DNA of 64,000 nt from Eledone cirrhosa (lineage: Eukaryota): positions 113,336,001 through 113,400,000 of the forward strand of contig OZ024741.1 in the NCBI GenBank assembly GCA_964016885.1, given 5' to 3'. This document shows, one piece after another, positions 53,311 to 64,000 of the stretch. A program made the position numbers and the translations under genes. Each line of letters opens with the position of its first letter. Position 1 is the stretch's first letter. The notes under the pieces were generated by a model, which made no database searches, was not told the origin of the DNA, and worked only from the letters and a program-made list of their open reading frames with translations.

Positions 53311-53465
53311 TATTGTGGGTAAAATGGTAGGTAAAATAATAATTGTGGGTAAAGTGGTATGTAAAATGATTATTGTGGGTAAAATGGTAGGTAAAATAAT
53401 AATTGTGGGTAAAGTGGTATGTAAAATGATTATTGTGGGTAAATAGGTAGGTAAAATAATAATTG
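53308..53465. repeat. 60-bp (2x30) tandem repeat
   Basis: GATTATTGTGGGTAAAATGGTAGGTAAAATAAT units; followed by a minus-strand family-A SINE (53460-53655). Confidence 0.9.
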
Positions 53466-54189
53466 TTTCTACTTTTGGTACAAGGCCAGCAATTACTCAG
53501 TCTATTACTGGTACTTTATTTTATCGATCTGTGTCTGTAAGGATGAAAGGCAAAGTTAACCTCGGCAGGATTTGAACTCAGATCATAAAGGGACGTAACT
53601 CTATGCTTCAAAGCATGGAGTCCGACTCTCTACCGATATTGCCAATCCACTGCCTTGAAGTAGTAGGTAAAATAATAATATTGTGTAAAATAATTGTTTC
53701 TACTTTAGACAATTGTGTAAAATAATGATAGTGGGTAAAAGGGTAGGTAAAGTGGTGGGTGAAATCAAGAAAAGGAGAAAGAGGGTAGAAAGTGGAGTAA
53801 AGGGGGTAGAAAGTGGAGTAAAGAATGTGTTGGAAGAGGCAGAAGTGGAAGAAATGGAGGAAAAACATCAAGGGAAGGAAGGATGGAAAACAGCAGGTTA
53901 AAGAAATAAGGAAAGAGAAGTTAAAAAATGGGGAAAAGTAGGGAAGAAGGGTAAAGAAGGATACGAAGTGTGAAAGTGTGGGAAAGAGACGGAGAAGGGT
54001 GTAATGAGGGAGAATCAACACCACGAGGTCAACCACAAGACAATGAGGTCACGTAAAGTGATATGTGTTTCTTTCACAAGAAATTTGAAGCAAAAGATAC
54101 CATGTAACCATGTAACTTCAATAGCTCTTCATCATCGACTCCGGAAGAAACTCTAGGACCAACCACCAATAAACACCCTGGTGGTCGGC

Positions 54190-54995
54190 AAACATGATCA
54201 ACTGTCCTGTATGTCTATGATCAGATCTCCAGTCAGATTCTTAATCGACACAGAAGTAGGAGTCAGTGTCATCTTGGCATCTGCAAACGACCTCTGTTTT
54301 AGAGAGGGAGTCAGTGGCAGCTGCCAATGATTCTACAATCAAAGCTTACAGATACCGTACTCTCTCCCTCCACATAGGCTTACAGTAATATACATGGACA
54401 TTCACTGTCGCTGATGCCCATCAGCCTATCATTGGAGCAAACTTCCTTTGGCCTACTCACTGCTGGTCGATATTCAGGGGAGACGACTCGTCAATAGTAA
54501 TTATGCCTCTGTTTCTCTGGCAACATCTACACGTGTGACTTTTCATATATCAAACGTCTCTGAGACCAAGAACGAGTTCTCGGAATTCCTTTTGAATTTA
54601 CCTGAAACTCATTATCATGACATCTCCCAATCCACAACTCACCACACAATAAAGCACTCCATTCCAACCACCAGTTCTGCAGTACACAACCGTGTATGTC
54701 GTCTACCACCAGACAAATTTGCTATTGTGAAGGTCAAATTTGACAATATGGAAGCTTTTGGCATCGTTCATCGATCAAACCATCCCTGGTCTTCACCTCT
54801 ACACGAAGCGCCAAAAACCAATATAGCTTGATGATCCACCAGGGATTATCACCATCTTAACAAAAGTAGCTCACCCTACTGCTACTCCATTCTGCATATA
54901 CAAGGCTTCTTGATTCAGTTAGCAGGGTGCTCGATTTTCTCCAAAATCTACCCCAACCGAGGTTTTCATCAATTACCTGTACTAGATGATAACAT
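54190..54995 (+). pseudogene. Degraded Gypsy pol fragment (protease to RT N-terminus), different family from 37239
   Basis: LIDTEVGVSVI, WTFTVAD..QPIIGANFL, RLPPDKFAIVK..F..M...GIVHRSNHPWSSPLH, DYHHLN, FSKI. Confidence 0.85.
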
Positions 54996-55829
54996 GTAAA
55001 TACAATTTAATACAAAAAGAAAGAAGAACATTTAGATTAAGAAGAAAGAATGGAATGTAAAATAAGAAAATATTTAAAAAAACGGAGAAAGAAAGATATG
55101 GCAAGGGCTCTAGTATATATAATTAATTAAAAGTTGGTTAGAAGCGAAATCAATGCAGACAGACAGACATACAGACAGATATTATAAGCGCGCGACATTA
55201 TAGCTATGTATCTATCTAAAAAGACAGAGTAAGAAAGAGAGAGGGATGTCATATTATATATATTATATATAATAAAGTACCAGTAATGTACTGGGATAAT
55301 TGCTGGCCTTGTGCCAAAAGTAGAAACAATTATACTTCTTTTTTTAAACAACTAAATAACATGTTTATGTATGTATATATACGTATATAGGAATGCTGTA
55401 ATAAAATGTACAAATTAAACTGTCTGTTATTTATGATACAAACACTATATATATATATATACACACACTATATATATGTATATATATACATATATACACA
55501 CTCACACACAGATAGCAAAGTCTGTACAGAATGGATTCCTTAATGCAGACAGCCAGACATACAGAGACATATTATAAGGGCACGATGTTATAGCTATGTA
55601 TCTATCTAAAAAGACAAACTAAGAAAGAGAGAGGAATGTCGTATAACTGGAAGTGTTGACATTTGAAAATTTTAAATAATATCTTTAATCTTTTAACAAA
55701 ATTTAGTAGACAAAAATACCCTCACTTTCTTACTTGGAAAAAGTTACATCTATGGTGCAAATTTGGCGCCGTTTGGTTCAGCCCTTTGGCGAAAAGTTTG
55801 TTACATACATACGGTCGTCAGCTTCATTA

Positions 55830-55863
<34 letters not shown>

Positions 55864-56056
55864 CTTTAGGTTTGTTTGTTCACCACTGGATAGAATTGGT
55901 CATTCCGTATGGTCAATCTTGGTGTAATATTGTGGAGAGTACTCACGTAGTGCAGTTCACCCATCTTCGTTTGTGTAGTTGGTGGTGCGAATACAGAGTT
56001 AATTATAAATAAAATAACAGGAGGTTGGACTGGTGTAAATCTTTGAAAGGTTTATT

Positions 56057-56114
56057 ATACTATGATCATTTCAATGACCGGGTTCCATATGAATCCGGTG
56101 ATATCATCAGGTAT
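56057..56114 (-). ncRNA. Hammerhead ribozyme, type I, intact core
   Basis: Exact reverse complement of 58490-58547. Confidence 0.75.
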
Positions 56115-58489
56115 TAGAATATAACAAAGGAATATGTATAAAATCATGGGTCCAAAAATCAGAGACAGAGACAAAGAGGACGACTGACCAACTAGCTGCC
56201 TTCACCTCGGCCAGTCGCCCTCAAAATGATGGCAACTGAATCCACTAATAACCATCTGGTGGGGGGGCGAAGGCTTATAATGCACTACCACCTCTCCGTC
56301 AAAGAAAAAGGGGAAGAAAGAAAGAAAGGAAGAAAGAAGTAAAAAAGGAAGAAAGAAGTCAGCGTAAAGGTCACACTACATTCAAGCTAGAAAATGCTGT
56401 GCAAAATGCTACTCCAAATAATCTATAATTAGCAAAGGCATATATAATGGGTGTCTGTATGGTCTAATGTGTGAACTGAAAATTGGAACGTTAAACTTAT
56501 GTTACGAGTTATAAGATGAAATTAAATTAAATTAAAAAATATTAAATTGCACAATGATAAATTGAAAAATAAATTATTAGAAAATTAAAGGTTAAGGTAG
56601 CGAGATTTATTTAATGAACTTACAGAGAGAGTCTTATATGAAAAAATTAATCTCGATAAGATATCAGGATGCGATATAGAGTAAAGATTTTGATTGTGAG
56701 TCCCAGCCAGCACCCCACAACCATGAGTCAGCCAGTTTCGAGTGGTATCGTCCAGCGGAATGACCAATTCTATCCAGTGGTGAACCAACAAACCTAAAGA
56801 AATAATGCTCCAATAATGTTGAGCACTTCCAAATGTAATATTGAACAGCGGCACCGACTCCAGTGTACAGCTATTGCCAGCATGAGATTAACTGATCTAC
56901 TTACCATTCGGACTTTGGCTGCTCTGTGCTTTATCTACCGCCCACCCGATGCTGTTTCCTTGTCGGGAATATTCCGACAAAACTCTACGTATTATACTAA
57001 AACATGTATTGTATTGACTGAATTCTCTACTCTATACCACAGGACTCTTTTGTGACTCACACTGAATTGGGAGACCTGAACTTTACACTAGGTACCACCT
57101 GTTACCATTCCATCTCTTCCATCCTCTATATGTACAACCTGTATTATCTTATACAACTTGATCTATATTGTATTTCCCCTTTGCTCTGATTCCTCCGATA
57201 TGTTCTTATTTACTTCCGTCTTACTACATTGATAGTTATTTACTTTTATTAATTTTTTTATTAATTTATTAATGTATTTTTATCAATGTATTCTTTATCT
57301 TTGTATTTTATCTTTATATTTGTATTTGATCTTTGTATCCTGCTTTTATAATTTTTTTGTAACTTTCCTTACTCAGGTCATTATGCACCTTTCATAGCCC
57401 CCTACCCACCAAAGAACCACACTACTTATAACCCGGACTAACTGGGACTTTAAAATAATTATGGTCTATTTGCACTTTTCATTGGGTTGCTACCTTTGAC
57501 TTATGTGGTGGCTTTTCCCGGCTGCGCGCTGGGCACTCGGAAAGTTCAGCCTTCCTTGAGTGCTCGGAAAAATAAATTTCCCCTCTTTCGGTAAACGAAA
57601 TTACTCGGAGCGGTTTGCTTTGCCCCGGTCCCACCGCGCAGCCTGCTTATTATACTTATACATATAAAATCAAGGTTTAGGCATAACTATTAGCTGTATC
57701 ATGCCTCTACTGGCACGTAAATAAACCCCTCATGTGTGAATTAATAATATTCGTTTGGTATAGACCATGGCCTGTCGAAATTGTAGACTTCCTGCTGGCG
57801 CTCCCAGGGCCTAAGGGAGCTACGTTCCTAGAGTACTCGGAAAAATTAATTTCCATTTCTTTTGCTGGACGATACCACTCGAAACTGGCTGACGGGTGCT
57901 GGCTGGGACTCACAATTAAAATCTTTACTCTATATCCCATCCTGACATCTTATCGAGATTAATTTTTTCATATAAGACTCTCTCTGTAAGTTCATTAAAT
58001 AAATCTTGCTACCTTAACCTTTAATTTTCTAATAATTTATTTTTCAATTTATCATTTTGCAATTTAATATTTTTTAATTTAATTTAATTTCATCCTATAA
58101 CTCGCAACATAAGTTTAACGTTCCAATTTTCGGTTCACACATTAGACCATACAGACACCCATTATATATGCCTTTGCTAAATATAGATTCTTTGGAGTAG
58201 CATTTTGCACGGCATTTTCTAGCATGAATGTAGTATGACCCTTACGCTGACTTCTTTCTTCCTTTTTTACTTCTTTCTTCCTTTCTTCCTTTCTTTCTTT
58301 CTTCCCCCTTTTCTTTGACGGAGAGGTGGTAGTGCATTATAAGCCTTCGCCCCTTCACCAGATGGTCATTAGTGGATTCAGTTGCCATCACTTTGAGGGC
58401 GAGGTGAAGGTAGCTAGTTGGTCAGTCGTCCTCTTTGTCTCTGATTTTTCAGACCCATGGTTTTTTACATATTCCTTTGTTATATTCCA

Positions 58490-58547
58490 ATACCTGATGA
58501 TATCACCGGATTCATATGGAACCCGGTCATTGAAATGATCATAGTAT
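58490..58547 (+). ncRNA. Hammerhead ribozyme, type I, intact core
   Basis: ATAC-CTGATGA-TATCACCGGATTCATATGGAACCCGGTCATT-GAAA-TGATCA-TA-GTAT; palindromic stem III ATGATCAT; AUA triplet; AATAAA follows immediately. Confidence 0.75.
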
Positions 58548-58895
58548 AATAAACCTTTCAAGGATTTACACCAGTCCAGCGTCCTGTTATTTTATTTATA
58601 TATATATATATATATAATTGGTGTTGGATGCTTAAAGTGTTCGTATGTGGTAGGCCGTATGAGCACTCAATGCCCTCTTAGAGCAGAGTATGATATCACA
58701 GAAAAAAGGGAATCAGTGTTGCGACGAAAGGAATTTATTGGACATATTACAAATATTTCACGCGTGAAACATTTGTAATATGTCCAATATATATATAAGA
58801 GATGTCAACATGAATGGACCTGAAATTTTTATCTAAACACACTTTTTCCAATTCCATCCCACCTGTCCCCTCAATCTATCTTATTTCTCATTATT

Positions 58896-58931
58896 TCTTC
58901 TGACGAAGGACTAGCGTCCGAAACGTTAAGA
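58896..58931 (+). ncRNA. Minimal hammerhead ribozyme, Penelope type
   Basis: TCTT-CTGACGA-A-GGAC-TAGC-GTCC-GAAA-CGTT-AAGA; palindromic AACGTT stem III. Confidence 0.7.
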
Positions 58932-59649
58932 CCCTCTTCCTGCTATATCAAGCATTAACCTAATATATCCCTTCCATATACTGTACCAATTGTGTTGTTA
59001 TTTCTGTTTACCTTTTACATACATATATATATATATATATGTATGTATGTATATGCCTGTATATATGTATATATATATATATATATATTAAGATAGGGGG
59101 GAAGAAAAAATGGCTTCACTTGTGCTTTCAACAAATTTATTTTCTTCACAAAATCCAAAGAGAATTTTTCTTAAAAAAAATTATTTTATAAATTAAGTTG
59201 TTGGTTGTTGGTTAGGTCTTAGGAGTTCTTGGTTAACGTAGGAGGTATTGTTTCGTTTTTAGAAAGACCTTTCGCGCTGAGGTGCGCTTGTCAAACTGAT
59301 GTGTATGTGGTGTGTTGTTCTATATATAGGGATTTAACATGTCTGTGGTGTGGTGGGGGTTTCTTTTCTCCCCCTTTAATAAGTGCATGGGTGTAGGTGT
59401 GTTGAAAAAGTGTTCATAGCAGTAATGAGTTGAGACGGTGAGTAGGGTTGGGTGGGGAGAAATGTAGCAAGTGCGGCCTGCCCCGGTCATTCTCGAAAAA
59501 TTCCTTTATTCAGGGGAAAAAGCTTTTAGCATTGCTTTTGTGTTGAGAATGGTCACGGGCAAATCGCACCTGTCAAGTTTGTGAATAATTATTTTTTTCT
59601 TTCTTTCCTGAAGAATTTTTCTACGTCCATCCCAAAGTTAGTCCTTTGT

Positions 59650-61025
<1,376 letters not shown>

Positions 61026-61026
61026 C

Positions 61027-61372
61027 ATCATCATCATCATCATTTCATTTTTACGTCCACTTTTCCCTGCTTGCAGGGGTGGGACGGGAACTGATTCTGG
61101 CTTGATTTCTACAGCTGGATGCCCTTCCTAACACCAACCTCATTTACAGTGAGTGCTGGGTGCTTTTTTGCCGTGGCACCTCCACGACCACTTTGCAGTG
61201 GAACGATAGGGACCCCAGTCCCTATCATCTCATTTCTACAGCTGAGTAAACTGGAGCAATGTGAAATAAAGTGTCTTGCTCAAGGAAACAACACATCACC
61301 CGGTCTGAGAATTGAACTCACAACCTTTCGATTGCAAGGCCAATGCTCTAACCACTAAGCCATGTGCCTCCA
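61027..61372 (-). mobile_element. Family-B SINE, full length
   Basis: Near-identical to 3283-3622. Confidence 0.9.
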
Positions 61373-61389
61373 TATACACATATATACAC

Positions 61390-61426
<37 letters not shown>

Positions 61427-61462
61427 CACACATACAAACATACACACATCCATACATATATG

Positions 61463-61501
<39 letters not shown>

Positions 61502-62143
61502 ACACCCACATACATATATACCCACACGTACATACATCCATACATCCCTACACACATATATGTGTGTGTCTCACCGTTCATTCAGATATTCATGTGTATA
61601 CATAAGAAGAGGGGGGGGGGGGGGGTAGTGAAATGGAATTTTAGTGAAATGGAATTTTAAAGGGAAAATTGTGAATTTTCCCTTCCCGCATGATGCAAAG
61701 TGTGCGCTACATGTGGTATTTCTGACTGTGGGGTCTTTAATCTGTTGTTTATGTACCCGGACTCATCATGTAATCCCGTTCCGGTTTTCCCCCACCACAC
61801 CACAGACATGTTAAATCCCTACATATAGAACAACACACCACATACACATCAGTTTGACAAGCGCACCTCAGCGTGAAAGGTCTTTCTAAAAACGAAACAA
61901 TACCTCCTACGTTAACCAAGAACTCCTAAGACCTCACCAACAACCAACAACTTAATTTATAAAATAATTTTTTTTTTTTTAAATTCTTTTTGGATTTTGT
62001 GAAGAAAATAAATTTGTTGAAAGCACAAGTGAAGCCATTTTTTCTTCCCCCCTATCTTAATATACCTAACTGTACCAAGGATTACACACATTTTCCAATA
62101 TATATATATATATATACAATACATTAACAGAGAAAACCTTAAG

Positions 62144-62189
<46 letters not shown>

Positions 62190-62545
62190 TATGTATGTAT
62201 ATGCCTATATATATGTAAATATTCATTGGCAGCAAGACCCTCTCAAAGTGTAACAATATGTTTATATATATATATATGTGTGTGTGTGTATATATATATG
62301 TATATATATGTATATACACATATACACACACACACACATATATATGTAGGTATATATATATATATATACATATATATAGGTATATATATATATACATATA
62401 TATAGGTATATATATATATAGGTCTATATATATGTATATATATATGTATGTATGCATATATAAGTACAGATTGGAGGTGACAAAAAAAAAAGCTAGATAA
62501 TTACTCACCAGAGTACTTGATACTAGGGCTAGTAGAATGGGTGAT

Positions 62546-62666
62546 ATGGAAAATTTCGGGACCCCGACAACTGAACTATGGCTGTTTCGACAGCTAGATT
62601 TGACCAGTTCGGATCTAGCTGTCGAAAGAGCTGGAGCTCAGCCATCGGGGTCCTGATATTTTTCAT
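62546..62666. repeat. ~120-nt GC-richer hairpin
   Basis: TTTCGACAGCTAGATTTGA-CCAGT-TCGGATCTAGCTGTCGAAA inside TCGGGACCCCGA...TCGGGGTCCTGA. Confidence 0.85.
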
Positions 62667-62773
62667 GTATATATATATGTATATGTTTGTATGTATATAT
62701 GTATGTGTATGTATGTATGTATGTGTATATATGTATGTGTATGTATGTATATATATATATATCTATCTATGTG

Positions 62774-62814
<41 letters not shown>

Positions 62815-63394
62815 GCATGTATGTATATATATATATATGTATGTATGCGGAAGAACTCATAAGTGTCAACAGCCATCCAAAAGTGTGTAAATATGTATAT
62901 ACACATGACTGATTGGCACAATTTGCATATTAGTAGACTGGCTGATCAGTCAGATCTGCATATTCAGATCCACTGATCAGCCAGATTTGCATATCAGCAG
63001 ACTGTATACGAGTGATAAATGGCCGGCTTTGCCAAGTTCAAATAAAAAAGAAAATTTCTCTCTAAATGGCTGAATACAATAAGTGTAATCTGCTAATATG
63101 CAAATCAGGCTGATCAGTCACTGTGTATTTTTGAAAATAGCATATATTTTCACTATCTCTGACAGTTTCGCAGGTGAACAGTGAGCTGTACTAATGAAGG
63201 GTGATACCCAGAAACATTAGTGTCTGCAGTTCTGTTCACATGCCAACATAAGAGCAAGAATGAAGGGTTCATTCTACTAACATGGCTATAAAATTGAGGC
63301 TTGTTTGCATAATTGCAAACAAATCGAATGTTATTATTAATATTTGAAAAACTCAGATTACATTTATTATATATATATGTATACATATATATAA

Positions 63395-63461
<67 letters not shown>

Positions 63462-64000
63462 TCTGTATATATATGTATATATATATTATATATGTATACT
63501 TATATTTGTGTGTGTGTATTTATATATATATATATATTTCTCTACCTTCCTCTCTGCTCCAATCCAATATATCTCTGTAGATTATCTCTGTGAGGCATTG
63601 AATGTTCATAATTCTTAACACAGGTGATTCTTCATTATCTCCTAGCACATTCTCATTCTTATTTGTTTGATTAGATTGTTTGTCGAAGGCACCTGCACTA
63701 AAAACAAACCTGTGTGCTTATTCAAAAACAAATCGATGCATTACCCCCTTATATATACACATATGTGCATAGCCCACAACATTGATAACAACTATCATAA
63801 CAATAACAACAACAGCAAAGGACTGTTGAATCACAAAAGAAGATAAATAGAAATAACAAAAACACATATCCATGCATTGATTAGATTTTATAGAGAATCT
63901 GCTGCATGTCAGGTGACTGGTTCTTTACATATGTGCTGTTGATTCTTAGTGCTTTTGCTGATAAAGTTCACATGGGTCCAATATGGAAATGTGTGCATAT

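Larger units (their letters stand above)
55861..58600. mobile_element. Penelope-like composite with ~750-bp inverted repeats (56002-56756 / 57863-58600)
   Basis: Arms are reverse complements with small indels; nested inversion 55861-55907 versus 56756-56802; one hammerhead in each arm; flanked by (TA)n. Confidence 0.75.

Noticed and set aside
52630-53465. CRISPR-like periodicity
   Set aside because: No unique spacers, no cas genes, eukaryotic context

Overview
AT-rich, microsatellite-dense eukaryotic DNA made up mostly of repeats. The SINE families, RTE LINEs and (TA)n/(CA)n load suggest an octopus or other cephalopod genome (inference). Best-supported elements: (1) a Gypsy (Mag/K02A2.6-like) LTR retrotransposon with both LTRs at 37239-41531 (-), CCTTG TSD, near-identical LTRs, a capsid-less gag and two in-frame stops; (2) a 2.1-kb non-coding LTR element at 32825-34943 (CCAT TSD); (3) a decayed mariner at 26904-28082; (4) three non-autonomous Helitrons; (5) a 3'-truncated CRE-clade non-LTR element with a PHD-like finger; (6) RNase-H LINE, RTE and second Gypsy remnants; (7) two tRNA-derived SINE families. 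The least obvious signal is a set of hammerhead-ribozyme motifs (CUGANGA...GAAA with palindromic stem III), mostly in inverted-repeat, Penelope-like modules next to (TA)n tracts. Host-gene evidence is limited to a few low-confidence minus-strand exons, one of them SH3-like. Most ORFs in the supplied track are microsatellite artefacts. All alignments and RNA folds were done by eye.
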